Part shown: positions 18,915 to 28,356 of the stretch, in pieces | How the letters are laid out: every line of letters begins with the position of its first letter | How positions within the stretch are numbered: position 1 is the first letter of the stretch | NCBI GenBank assembly: GCA_903911145.1 | Contig: CAIWCD010000014.1 | Location: forward strand, 124,001 to 188,000 | Length of the DNA stretch: 64,000 bases | Reading direction: 5' to 3' | DNA from: an uncultured delta proteobacterium | GTDB taxonomy: Bacteria > Myxococcota > Myxococcia > Myxococcales > 40CM-4-68-19 | Program-made: the position numbers and the translations under genes | Notes under the pieces: model-generated | Database searches by the model: none | Seen by the model: only the letters and a program-made list of their open reading frames with translations | What the model was told of the DNA's origin: nothing

Positions 18915-20172
18915 CCGCGACTCCACCTGGCACGGGCGCAAGCGCGATGCTGGCGAGCTGAAGTCCGTGCGTCTCCCCCTGCGCGACCTTGCTGGTCTCC
19001 TCACTGAAGCCGACCGATGATCGGACAGCCTGGAAGATGAGGAAGCCCACTCCGGTGGCGAGGAAGATGCCGCCGTAGGCGTACTCCATTGCCTGCACTC
19101 CGCTCCCGACGGCGTTCGAGGATGTATTTGAATCCGTGATGGCGCCCACCACAATGAACACTGTGCCGACGAGGAGCGATGGGATGGCGACGCCGAGCGG
19201 CCACTTCCCGCGCGGCTCGATGGAGATTTGAAGGTTCTCCGCGGCGAACTTCACTTCGGTCGACGACTGCGCGTCTCCGGTGACCGCGATGGAAACCTTG
19301 CCTTCGGGAACTCCCGCGAGCGTGCAGGGCGTGGCCAACGTGACCGGCTGCTCGCACTTGAACGAGCGCCCCTCCACTGCCGCGACCACCGTGAAGGTCT
19401 TGCTCCCAGAGCTGGTGGCGATGGTCAGCAAGGGCCGTGCACCGTCGACGTGCCGAGGCGTCGGCATCTCGCCGGATGCGCGTGCTCGCTCCGCATCCTG
19501 GTCGCGAGGTGGGGCAGCCTCGGCGATGAACCGCTGCGTTGGCGGCTCCTCCGCTGGCCGCGTGTGTCCTCGAGTCCGCTCGGACTGCGCTGGAGCGGCC
19601 GGCGTCACGAGCGGCGCGGCGTGCGTCTCTGGCTGAGCCTGCCGTACCAGTGGCGCCGGCGCGCTGCCAGCAGGCCCGCCCAACTGCGCAACGAGTGGGC
19701 GCAGCAGTTTGTGCACGGCCTCGTTCGTCGCCGTGTCGAGATCGTCGATGCTCTTGCCGCTCGCCGTCGTACCCGCGAGCAGCCGCCCCTCATGCGTGTC
19801 GTGCAGCTTGAGGTTGAGCTTGAAGCTCGAGCCGAACTTGAGCAGCGCGCCGCTGATCACCAGATCCGCGCCCAGCTTGCGTCCCGTCTCCACTTCGCAT
19901 TCGCCCTGGCAATCCTCGAGCGTCTTGCCGTTCGCGCCGAGCAGCACGAGGACGTTCTCTTTTGTCATCACTCGCAGAGTCGGAATCTCATCGAGCGCGG
20001 CGCCGCGCACAGTGTCGCTCAGGTAGCCGACGTCGACCGCCTTGCGCTCGCCTCCTTCGAGCTTGGAGTCGAACTCGAGGACAGCGAGGACCTTGCCGGC
20101 GCCGGGCGAAGGAGTCTGGGCAGAGGCGGAGAACGCGACTGCGAAGAGAAGCGCGAATGCTCGAAGGGACAT
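18892..20172 (-). CDS. Secreted protein with N-terminal CsgG/TolB_N/DUF2380-like domain, Pro/Ala linker and C-terminal TM hairpin
   Basis: Signal MSLRAFALLFAVAFSASA, VLAVLEF...CQGECEVETGRKLGADLVISG...LNLKLHD pattern; hydrophobic C-terminal helices and terminal beta strand ending in Phe. Confidence 0.7.
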   Translation of the reverse strand: MSLRAFALLFAVAFSASAQTPSPGAGKVLAVLEFDSKLEGGERKAVDVGYLSDTVRGAALDEIPTLRVMTKENVLVLLGANGKTLEDCQGECEVETGRKLGADLVISGALLKFGSSFKLNLKLHDTHEGRLLAGTTASGKSIDDLDTATNEAVHKLLRPLVAQLGGPAGSAPAPLVRQAQPETHAAPLVTPAAPAQSERTRGHTRPAEEPPTQRFIAEAAPPRDQDAERARASGEMPTPRHVDGARPLLTIATSSGSKTFTVVAAVEGRSFKCEQPVTLATPCTLAGVPEGKVSIAVTGDAQSSTEVKFAAENLQISIEPRGKWPLGVAIPSLLVGTVFIVVGAITDSNTSSNAVGSGVQAMEYAYGGIFLATGVGFLIFQAVRSSVGFSEETSKVAQGETHGLQLASIALAPVPGGVAGGALFRF

Positions 20173-20346
20173 GACGGGAGCGCTTTCTTGAAGAGTGGAG
20201 TGAGGCATTCGGTGCAGAGAAACAGCCCCGCGCCTATCACGCCTCGATGCCTGCCGCCACGTTCTCGGAGTACCCCATGCGTCGATGCGATCGATCAGGC
20301 GGGTGCGCGATGGCAGACAGGGAGCGCGCGAGCTACGTTCGCACTC

Positions 20347-21741
20347 ATGAGCGACTCTCTTCGTCCCGAGGCTGCGCGCGCTGTTGCTGAACGCGCGCGC
20401 ACGTTCTTCGCTGCTGGCAGCACGCTCTCTGAATCCGCGCGCCGCAAGCGCTTGCTGGCTCTGCGCGCCGGCATCGAGAAATTCGAGGAGAAGATCTACG
20501 CCGCGCTCAAGCAGGATCTCGGCAAGCCGAAGATGGAGGCCTATCCGGCCGAGATCGGAATCACCATCGGCGAGATCAACCATCTGCTCAGCGGGCTTGC
20601 GGGATGGATGAAGCCGCGCTCGGTGCACACGCCGCTGGTCGCGATGCCAGGCCGAAGCATGCTCGTGCCGGAGCCACTCGGCACCGCGCTGATCATCGCG
20701 CCGTGGAACTATCCCTTCCAGCTCGCTGTGCATCCCCTCGCGGGCGCGATCGCTGCGGGCTGCAACATCGTCCTCAAGCCGAGCGAGCTCTCGCCCGCCA
20801 CCAGCGCGGTTCTCGAAGCGATGCTCGTCGACACGTTCGGCAACGACGGATTCGTGCAGGTGGTGCAGGGCGGTCCCGCAGCCTCGACGGCGCTGCTCGA
20901 AGAGAAGTGGGATCTCGTCTTCTTCACCGGCTCGACGCACGTGGGCCGCATCGTCGCGCAGGCCGCCGCGAAGCATCTGACTCCCACGGTCCTGGAGCTC
21001 GGCGGCAAGAGCCCGACCTTCATCGCCGCCGACGTCGATCTCGCGGTGACCGCGCGGCGGATCACCTGGGGCAAGTTCTACAACGCAGGCCAGACCTGCA
21101 TTGCGCCGGACTACGTGCTCGTCGACGAGTCGATTCACGACGCGTTCATCGCCGCGATGAAGAGCGCGATCGCGCAGCTCTTCGGCACCGATCCGCAGAG
21201 CAGCCCCGACTTCGGCCGCATCATCAGCGACCGCCACTGGTCGCGCCTCGAGACGCTCAAGAGCGGCGGCACTGTCGCGCTCGGCGGCGAGAGCGACGCG
21301 AAGACGCGCTACGTCGCGCCCACGCTGCTCACGAACGTCGACGAGAAGAGCCCGTTGATGCAGGAGGAGATCTTCGGGCCGCTGCTTCCCATCATCAAAG
21401 TGAAGAGCGTCGATGCCGCGATCGCCTTCATCAAGGCGCGCCCCAAGCCTCTCGCGCTCTATGCGTTCACCCGCAGCGACGCGCTCGCCGAGAAGATTCT
21501 CTCCTCGTGCAGCTCGGGCGGCGCGGTCATCAACGACGTGCTCTTGCACATCAGCGTGCCCGATCTTCCCTTCGGTGGCGTCGGCGACAGCGGCATGGGC
21601 GGCTATCACGGCCGCCACAGCTTCGAGGTCTTCTCGCACTTGAAGGGCGTGGTGAAGAAGCCGTTCTGGATGGATCTGAAGCTGCGGTATCCGCCGTATC
21701 GGGAGAGCCTGCTTGGGCTCTTCAAGCGCCTCATGGAGTGA
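20347..21741 (+). CDS. Aldehyde dehydrogenase, ALDH3 / fatty-aldehyde type
   Basis: EPLG..IIAPWNYP, LKPSE, FFTGST, LELGGKSP, NAGQTCIAPDY, EEIFGP, PFGGVGDSGMG, RYPPY. Confidence 0.95.
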   Translation: MSDSLRPEAARAVAERARTFFAAGSTLSESARRKRLLALRAGIEKFEEKIYAALKQDLGKPKMEAYPAEIGITIGEINHLLSGLAGWMKPRSVHTPLVAMPGRSMLVPEPLGTALIIAPWNYPFQLAVHPLAGAIAAGCNIVLKPSELSPATSAVLEAMLVDTFGNDGFVQVVQGGPAASTALLEEKWDLVFFTGSTHVGRIVAQAAAKHLTPTVLELGGKSPTFIAADVDLAVTARRITWGKFYNAGQTCIAPDYVLVDESIHDAFIAAMKSAIAQLFGTDPQSSPDFGRIISDRHWSRLETLKSGGTVALGGESDAKTRYVAPTLLTNVDEKSPLMQEEIFGPLLPIIKVKSVDAAIAFIKARPKPLALYAFTRSDALAEKILSSCSSGGAVINDVLLHISVPDLPFGGVGDSGMGGYHGRHSFEVFSHLKGVVKKPFWMDLKLRYPPYRESLLGLFKRLME

Positions 21742-21869
21742 CGAGCTGCGGGCCTGCTCCATGCGGAGTTGGGTGGGGCCGCTCCTGAACTGCGCGCGAG
21801 CGATTGCGAGTCCCATTCGCGCCGCGCATTCGATATAGCGACGGCGTGCATCTCGCTTCTCCTCTCTGC

Positions 21870-22886
21870 ATGCAGCCTCGTCGCGCGTCTGCGCTCGTTG
21901 CGGTCGCGCTGCTGCTCTCGCTCGCGCGGGTGGCGGGCGCGCAGACGCCGACTGCGCGGAGGATGGTGCAGCTCGACTATCGGCTCGAGTTCATCGAGGC
22001 GGGATGCCCGTCGGAGCGCGATCTGCGCGCGATGGTGTCGGTGCAGCTTGGATACGATCCGTTCGAGGCGTCGGCTCGCGAGCGTGCGCGCGCGTCGATT
22101 GCGCGCAGAGGAGAGCGGCTCGTCGGTGAGGTCGCGCTGTTCGATGAGGCGGGTCGCACGCTGGGCTTGCGCAATCTCGATGCGGCGAGTGGCTCGTGCA
22201 ACGCGCTGGCGCAGACGCTTGCGCTCGATCTGGCGATCGCGATCGAGCCCGCGGTGCTGCTGCGCGCGGTCGCGGTTCCGTCTGGCGATGCTGCTCCCGA
22301 GCCGACTCCGGTGCAGTCGACGAGTGCAGAGCCCGCAGCTGTCTCGGCTGCACCGGTGCTTCGCGAAACTCCACCGGAGCCGACGCACGCGATTCGTCCG
22401 AGCCAGTGGAGCCTGCAACTTGGCGCGCTGGGCGAGACGGGGTTGATGCCGTCGATCGCAGCAGGGGTCTCTCTCGTCGGCGAAGCGCGCTGGCACAACA
22501 CCAGCGCGGCGCTTGAGGCGGAGCTGTTTCCGTACAGCAGCGTCCCGGCCGCGGGAGGGAGGATCCGCTCGATCCTCACGCGCGGAGGGCTGCGCGGCTG
22601 CCAGTACCTGGGGCCATTCGGGTTCTGCGCGCGGCTTGACGGCGGCGTGTTGCACGCAGGAGCGCAGGGCATCGTCAACGCGCAGCATGGCTCGCTGCCC
22701 GCTGCGTCCGCGGGCCCGGTTCTTGTCGCGGGCTTTCGTCCCGCCGGAAACTTCACGCTCGGCCTGGGCGCCGCGCTCGATGTCGCACTGCTGCGCAACA
22801 CGCTGTTCATCAACGGCGTCCAGCAATGGCGCGCGCCTCCCTTCGCATTCGCCGCGAGCGCGTCGGTGGGCTGGATCTTTCCGTGA
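21870..22886 (+). CDS. Secreted/outer-membrane hypothetical protein of the myxobacterial ECF-associated type
   Basis: Signal peptide, GCPS..LGYDPF and SC.ALA.TLAL.LAIAI domain, Pro linker, C-terminal amphipathic beta strands. Confidence 0.7.
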   Translation: MQPRRASALVAVALLLSLARVAGAQTPTARRMVQLDYRLEFIEAGCPSERDLRAMVSVQLGYDPFEASARERARASIARRGERLVGEVALFDEAGRTLGLRNLDAASGSCNALAQTLALDLAIAIEPAVLLRAVAVPSGDAAPEPTPVQSTSAEPAAVSAAPVLRETPPEPTHAIRPSQWSLQLGALGETGLMPSIAAGVSLVGEARWHNTSAALEAELFPYSSVPAAGGRIRSILTRGGLRGCQYLGPFGFCARLDGGVLHAGAQGIVNAQHGSLPAASAGPVLVAGFRPAGNFTLGLGAALDVALLRNTLFINGVQQWRAPPFAFAASASVGWIFP

Positions 22887-22909
22887 CGGATTCGGCGTCT
22901 CGCCCCAAA
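22881..22909 (+). promoter_or_regulatory. Putative ECF promoter/operator, copy 1: CCGTGACGGAT-N8-TCGCCCCAAA
   Basis: Same two blocks with identical spacing recur at 24511-24539; lies just upstream of the ECF ATG. Confidence 0.6.
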
Positions 22910-22921
22910 CCAGGTGCAGCA

Positions 22922-23458
22922 ATGCCGCGTTCGCACTCTGACGTGCAGACACAGTTCACCGCCGCCTATCGGCAGGAGTTCTCGTACGTGTGGAAGACGC
23001 TTTCACGTCTGGGCGCGCGGCCGACTGCGCAGGAGGACCTCGCGCACGACGTCTTCGCGACGGCGTTTCGCCATTGGGAGAGCTACGACAGCGCGCGGCC
23101 ACTGCGGCCGTGGCTGTTCGGGATCGCGTACCGCGTGGTGCTCGACTGGAAGCGCAAAGCGCAGAACACGCGGGAGAGCGCGTCCGATTCGATCGAGCTG
23201 ACGGACAGCGCGCCGAGTTCGGAAGAGAAGGTCTCTCGTGAGCAGGGGCTCGCGCTCGCCCGTGGCGCGATCGAGGCGCTCGAGATCGATCGTCGCGCTG
23301 TCTTCATCATGCATGAACTCGACGAGCAGCCGATGCCCGAGGTGGCCGAGGCGTTGGCGATTCCGCTGAACACGGCCTACTCGCGCCTGCGGCTCGCGCG
23401 TCGCGATTTCAATGCGCGCGTGGCTGCGCTGCAAGAGAGCAGAGGAGGTGCGCGATGA
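22922..23458 (+). CDS. ECF-family RNA polymerase sigma factor
   Basis: Region 2 EDLAHDVF..RPWLFGIAYR; region 4 RRAVFIMHEL..EVAEALAIPLNTAYSRLRLAR. Confidence 0.95.
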   Translation: MPRSHSDVQTQFTAAYRQEFSYVWKTLSRLGARPTAQEDLAHDVFATAFRHWESYDSARPLRPWLFGIAYRVVLDWKRKAQNTRESASDSIELTDSAPSSEEKVSREQGLALARGAIEALEIDRRAVFIMHELDEQPMPEVAEALAIPLNTAYSRLRLARRDFNARVAALQESRGGAR

Positions 23459-24516
23459 GCGTGCACGATCTCGATGAGCTGAGCCAGGATGCGAAAGAGC
23501 TGCTCGCGATGGAGAAGTCGCAGCCGGAGCCGAGCGGTCTGCCTGATGAGCGCGTCTTCGCGCGGCTCTCGCTCACGCTGGGGCTTGCGCCCGCGGCTCT
23601 CTCTGGCGGCGCCGCTGCCACGGCCCATGCGGCGTCCTCTGCAACGGCAAACGCGGCTGCACACGCGACAGCAGCGGCAACGCGTGTGGGGATCCTCAAG
23701 GCATTGATTGCCTCGAAGGTCGGCGTCGCGATCGCGGCCGTCTCGATCGGTGCGGTCGCGGGTGGCGTGGTCGCCGTGCGCGCGGTGAAGCGTTCGGCGA
23801 TGCGCGAAGAGATTGCGCAGACGATCGATGCCGCACGCGTGCGTCCGTCCGTTCCCATGCGCACCACCAAATCTCCGAGCGCCGTGACGATTCCTGCCCC
23901 GCCCGCGACAGCGCCAGATCTCGCCCAGACTGTCCTTGCGCATGCTTCAGCATTGCCGCCGCGCACCGCCTCCTCCTCGGATGGAACGGCGCCCACGAAG
24001 TCTGCTGCGCCCGTTGCGCCGCGTGCAGCTGCACCGAGCGCGTCGACGACTGCCCGAGCGAGTGCGACGGAGCGGACGGTTGCGATGCTCGATGCGCTTC
24101 CTGCTCCTCTCGAAAACCGGCCTGCCGCAGCCGCTCCTCTTGCGACGGCCCTGCCTGCCCCGCGTGGTGTCGCGAGCGATTCGCCCATGATCGGTACACC
24201 GTCGGTTGGCTCCGCAAACCCACGCCCCGCGCAGGCGAGCGCCGATTCGCTCTCCGCCGAGACTGCGCTGCTGCAGTTCGCGCACGCGTCTCTGTTGCGC
24301 GGTGATCCGCAAGCTGCGCTCTCGTCTCTCGATGCGCACGCGCACGATCATCCCGCGGGACGTCTGAGCGAAGAGCGCGATGCGATGCGCGTGCAGGTCC
24401 TCATGCAGCTCGGCCGCACGGCAGAGGCGCGCGCGGCTGCGGCGGCGTTCCGCGTGCGCTATCCCGACAGCCTGCTGCGCGCGAGCGTCGACGCGGCAAT
24501 CGCGCACGCGCCGTGA
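23455..24516 (+). CDS. Putative anti-sigma factor (single TM, Ala/Pro-rich linker, C-terminal TPR-like helices)
   Basis: ATGA coupling to the sigma gene; C-terminal LSAETALL..RGDP..HPAGRLSEER..FRVRYPDS typical of myxobacterial ECF partners. Confidence 0.8.
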   Translation: MSVHDLDELSQDAKELLAMEKSQPEPSGLPDERVFARLSLTLGLAPAALSGGAAATAHAASSATANAAAHATAAATRVGILKALIASKVGVAIAAVSIGAVAGGVVAVRAVKRSAMREEIAQTIDAARVRPSVPMRTTKSPSAVTIPAPPATAPDLAQTVLAHASALPPRTASSSDGTAPTKSAAPVAPRAAAPSASTTARASATERTVAMLDALPAPLENRPAAAAPLATALPAPRGVASDSPMIGTPSVGSANPRPAQASADSLSAETALLQFAHASLLRGDPQAALSSLDAHAHDHPAGRLSEERDAMRVQVLMQLGRTAEARAAAAAFRVRYPDSLLRASVDAAIAHAP

Positions 24517-24539
24517 CGGATCGCACGCGTCGCCACAAA
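24511..24539 (+). promoter_or_regulatory. Putative ECF promoter/operator, copy 2: CCGTGACGGAT-N8-TCGCCACAAA
   Basis: Matches 22881-22909 at 11/11 and 9/10 with the same spacing; followed directly by AGGAGG RBS. Confidence 0.6.
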
Positions 24540-24557
24540 GAGGAGGCGGACCTCATC

Positions 24558-26993
24558 GTGTCGAAGGTGAATCGCATGCGCCTGTTCCGCTCGCTCGCTC
24601 TCTCTGCCGTCGTTGCAATCACGCTCGCCGCTTGCGGAGGCGGCACGCTCGACCTTGGCGGGGCCTGCGCATCGACGTCGCTCGCGACCATCTCCCCGAC
24701 GAGTCCAATCGTCGCCGACGGCCGCGCGCAAGCCACGGTCACCGTTCGCGCGAACAACTGCCAGGGCTTTCCCGTCGCGGGCCTCAACGTCGTGATCAGT
24801 GCGCCGGGCGCGGGAGTCACGACCCGCCAACCTCCCGCCACCGACGCAAGTGGACTTGCGATCGGCTCGATCGCGTCCACGGTCGCAGGTGTGAAGGACG
24901 TCTCGATCTTCATCGATGGCGTCGCTCTTCCGCAGGCGTTGCACGTCACGTTCATTCCCGCGCCCGAGACGCAACTCGCCTTCACGGTGCAGCCCACAGG
25001 CACGCAGGCCGGCGCGGCGATCACTCCTTCAATTCAAGTGAGCGTCGAGGATGCGGCGGGGAACATCGTCACGACGGCGACAGACGCGATCACGCTGACG
25101 CTCGCTTCGGGATCAGCGGCCCTGACCAACACGACAGCAAACGCAGTTGCGGGCGTCGCGACGTTCACGGGGTTCTCTGTTCTGCAAGCAGGCACAGGCT
25201 ACCAACTCACTGCCAGCGCGAGCGGCCTCTCGAGCGCGGTGAGCGCGCCGTTTGCGATCACCAGCGGCATTGCCTCGCAGCTCGTCTTCATCGTCCAGCC
25301 TTCGAACACGCAGACCCACACCGTGATCTCGCCGGCCATCGAGGTCGGAGTCGAGGACAACCTCGGCGATCTCGTGAGGGGCGCTACAGGGGCCGTGACG
25401 CTCGCGATCGGCACACGCGGCAGCGCTGGCATTCTCATGGGGACCGTGACGCAACCGATCGTCAACGGCATCGCGACGTTCGACGACCTGGCAATCACCG
25501 GGGCAGGAAATGGCTACACGCTCGTCGCGACCGCATCTGGCGCGGGCGCGACGCTCGCAGGTGCGGAGAGCCACGCGTTCAACGTCGCGGCCGGTCCTCC
25601 CAGCCGGACAGCGTCCACCATCGTTACATGCATCGATCCTGTCGTCGCGGACGGAGTCTCGATGTGCACGATCACCGTGACGGTGGTGGACGGCGACGGT
25701 GCTCTGCTCGTCGGGGCCCCGGTGGACTTCAGTGCGGACGGGCTGGGAAATCTCTTCAGCGCGACGCAGGGGGTGACCGGCGCGGGCGGCACCTTCACCG
25801 TCACGCTCGCCTCGACGCACGCAGGGACCAAGACGATCACGGCCACCGTCGGCGCAGGCGCGGGCGCATTCAATCTTGTCGCCAGCGCCGCATTCATCGC
25901 CGGTTCAGCGTGCGCAGCAGGCAGCGCGATTGGCGCGACGCCGTCTCAGGGCATCGCGGCGGACGGAGTCCAGGGGGCCAACGTGACCGTCACGGTGGTC
26001 GACTGCCAGGGCAATCCAGTTGCGAACGAGGCCGTCGCGCTCAGTGCAGATGGCTCCTCAAATGCCTTCACGAAAGTAGGCGGGGTCCCGTCCTCCAGCG
26101 CGACTGGCCAGACCGGCATCGACGGAACCTTCACCGCGTCTCTCTCGTCGCTCACGGCAGAGAAGAAGACCGTGACCGCGACGGTGGGCGCGTCGAACAA
26201 CGTGTCGCTCACGACGTTCGTGACCTTCGTGGCGCCGCAGCCGACGCAGCTGGCGTTCCTGGTGCAGCCCAGCTCTTCTCAAGCGGGAGCGAGGATCGCA
26301 CCGGCGGTGAAGGTTGAGGCAACCGACAATTTCGGAGTGCTCGTGCCCACCGCCTCAGGTTCGATCATGCTCTCCATCGTCACGAGCGGCGGCTCTGGGA
26401 CTCTGTCGGGAACGATGACCAAAGACCTGATCGGGGGGATCGCGACGTTCGACGATCTCGCGATCAGCGGCGCAGGCAAAGGGTACGTGCTCTTCGCATC
26501 GTATCCTCTGCGGGAAAGTCCCTTCGCGGAGAGCTTCCCCTTCGACGTAGATTCCGCGTCGACCGATGGAGGCGCAGTCGCCGCGACCGACGGTGGCTCT
26601 CTGCCTGGCATTGCATGCGCCTCAGATACGGTGCTGACCGTATCCCCTCCGCAAGCGCCAGCGGACGGCACCACTGCGATTGCGCTGCTCCTCTTCGCGA
26701 AAGATTGCAACGGTCACGCGGCAGCGGGTGTGTTGGTTTCGCTGTCGGCGACGGGCGCGGGTGACTTGCTCAGCCTGCCGACCGCCGCGAGCGGATCGTC
26801 TCTCACCGTAGCGGGCGTGACTGGCGCGGACGGATCGTTCAGTGGGTGGCTCTCGACGTCGATCGCCGAGACCAAAGTGATCAGCGCGACGGTTGGCTCT
26901 ACCCCGTCTGCATTCTCGCTCTCGGCCGACGTGACATTCTTCGCTCCCGTCGACGGAGGCTCCGCGGGCGGAGGAGATGCCGGTCCTCCTTGA
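24558..26993 (+). CDS. Surface lipoprotein with Big-1/invasin-like Ig repeats
   Basis: Lipobox LAAC; repeated ADG..TVTV.D..G.PV and TD..G..S..AG.K.V motifs alternating with QL.F.VQP..G.ATFDDLAI modules; start GTG 24558 or ATG 24576. Confidence 0.85.
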   Translation: MSKVNRMRLFRSLALSAVVAITLAACGGGTLDLGGACASTSLATISPTSPIVADGRAQATVTVRANNCQGFPVAGLNVVISAPGAGVTTRQPPATDASGLAIGSIASTVAGVKDVSIFIDGVALPQALHVTFIPAPETQLAFTVQPTGTQAGAAITPSIQVSVEDAAGNIVTTATDAITLTLASGSAALTNTTANAVAGVATFTGFSVLQAGTGYQLTASASGLSSAVSAPFAITSGIASQLVFIVQPSNTQTHTVISPAIEVGVEDNLGDLVRGATGAVTLAIGTRGSAGILMGTVTQPIVNGIATFDDLAITGAGNGYTLVATASGAGATLAGAESHAFNVAAGPPSRTASTIVTCIDPVVADGVSMCTITVTVVDGDGALLVGAPVDFSADGLGNLFSATQGVTGAGGTFTVTLASTHAGTKTITATVGAGAGAFNLVASAAFIAGSACAAGSAIGATPSQGIAADGVQGANVTVTVVDCQGNPVANEAVALSADGSSNAFTKVGGVPSSSATGQTGIDGTFTASLSSLTAEKKTVTATVGASNNVSLTTFVTFVAPQPTQLAFLVQPSSSQAGARIAPAVKVEATDNFGVLVPTASGSIMLSIVTSGGSGTLSGTMTKDLIGGIATFDDLAISGAGKGYVLFASYPLRESPFAESFPFDVDSASTDGGAVAATDGGSLPGIACASDTVLTVSPPQAPADGTTAIALLLFAKDCNGHAAAGVLVSLSATGAGDLLSLPTAASGSSLTVAGVTGADGSFSGWLSTSIAETKVISATVGSTPSAFSLSADVTFFAPVDGGSAGGGDAGPP

Positions 26994-27101
26994 GTCGCAA
27001 CGCAGACCGAGCCTCCCAATCCCTCGGTAACGTCGGCACGGGGCGCGCACCGAATCGCGGTCGTCCGCACCCAGCCTGCTCGCGCGCAATTCGCGACGAC
27101 T

Positions 27102-27374
27102 CTACGCGACGACCTGTGTCCCCGCCGGCAGCAGCTTCGCGAGCGCGTCGCGCAGATCGCCCACGGTGCGGATGCGCGAGAGCTCCTCGTCGGGAATGCG
27201 CACCGAGAGCTTCTCCTCGAAGTAGCTGACGAGCTCCATCACCGCGACCGAGTCCATGCCCAGCGTCGAGATGACCGTGTCCTTGGTGAGGTTCGCGAGC
27301 TTGCGGTTGTCGACTTCGAGAGCGGCCTGGGTGAAGAGCTCGAGCACGTTGACGGTGTTGCCAGTGGCGGTCAT
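27102..27374 (-). CDS. Acyl carrier protein
   Basis: LGMDSVAVMEL..RIPDEEL..TVGDL; GAGGA RBS before ATG at 27374. Confidence 0.92.
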   Translation of the reverse strand: MTATGNTVNVLELFTQAALEVDNRKLANLTKDTVISTLGMDSVAVMELVSYFEEKLSVRIPDEELSRIRTVGDLRDALAKLLPAGTQVVA

Positions 27375-27462
27375 GGATTCCTCAGCAGAAGATTCGATCA
27401 TGCGATTGTCGAAATTCGATAAGATTCGATAACGGCGCTTGGATCAGACTGGGCGCGGGTTT

Positions 27463-28356
27463 TTAGTCGATCCGCTTGAGCGCGTACTGCGCGAGCGACT
27501 GGTAGTGCTTCTGGAATCCAGTCACGCAGGTCGAGAGGTAGCGGACGTAATCGTCGAAGACCTTGTCGCCGTACTCAGCGCGAATCTTCGTTTCGTGCTG
27601 CTGCAGGCGCTCAAGCCAGATCGCGGTCGTGCGCTCGTAGTGCATCCGGCGCGTCTTCACTTCGACCACTTCCCAGTAGGGATTGACGGCCGTGATGATC
27701 TCCTCGAGGCGCGGCGTGATGCCGCCCGGGAAGATCTCGTAGGTGACCCAGCCGATGTCCTGCACGTCCTTGCGCACGCGCGGCACGAAGTTGCGCAGGA
27801 TCGTCTGCAGACCGAACCAGGCACCCGGCTTCGTCCACTCGTGCGCGAGGCGGAAGTAGTTGCGATAGGCGGCGATGCTCTTGCCGTCGCGCGCCTCGGC
27901 GGGGCTGACGATGTGCTCCATCATGCAGATGGAGACGATCGCGTCGAACTTCTCCGTCGGCTTGTAATCGAGATAGCTGCAGACCTCGGCGGTGACGCCC
28001 GGGATCGCGCGGCGGCGGATCTCCGCGCACTGCGCCTCCGAGAGCGTGATGCCGTGTGCGCGCGCCTTGTTGGTGAGCGCCTGGTACTCGACGTTCGCGC
28101 CCCAGCCGCAGCCGATGTCGAGCACGCGCGCGCCGGGCGTGACGTGCGCGTAGCGGGAGAGCACCGCGAGTTTGTTGAGTTGCGCTTTCTCGAGGGAGAT
28201 CGAAGCGTCGACCGCATCCGCATCGTCGGCGTCGAAGAGGTGCGCGGCGGGCGTGAAGACACCGCACGTGTAGTTCATCCGCTCGTCGAGCCAGAGGCGG
28301 AAGAACTCGTTGGCGACGTCGTAGCTGACTGCGATGTCTGACTTGCTGGAGCCCAT
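27463..28356 (-). CDS. SAM-dependent cyclopropane/methyl fatty-acyl synthase (short CmaA/Cfa family)
   Basis: YDVANEFFRLWLDERMNYTCG, VLDIGCGWG, GITLSEAQ, SICMMEH, IFPGG. Confidence 0.9.
   Translation of the reverse strand: MGSSKSDIAVSYDVANEFFRLWLDERMNYTCGVFTPAAHLFDADDADAVDASISLEKAQLNKLAVLSRYAHVTPGARVLDIGCGWGANVEYQALTNKARAHGITLSEAQCAEIRRRAIPGVTAEVCSYLDYKPTEKFDAIVSICMMEHIVSPAEARDGKSIAAYRNYFRLAHEWTKPGAWFGLQTILRNFVPRVRKDVQDIGWVTYEIFPGGITPRLEEIITAVNPYWEVVEVKTRRMHYERTTAIWLERLQQHETKIRAEYGDKVFDDYVRYLSTCVTGFQKHYQSLAQYALKRID

Noticed and set aside
20186..20202. CACTCCACTC match (minus strand) to the 35181-35190 promoter spacer
   Set aside because: A single 10-mer match with different flanks; insufficient to claim a shared regulator
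20173..21816. N-terminal extensions of the 974-aa minus ORF and the 837-aa plus ORF suggesting large fusions
   Set aside because: The extensions are antisense to each other's real gene; a signal peptide at 20172 and the ALDH start at 20347 define two divergent genes
24187..24201. MIGTP peptide in the anti-sigma linker echoing the helicase IGTP repeat
   Set aside because: DNA lacks the palindromic AT-rich unit; short coincidental match
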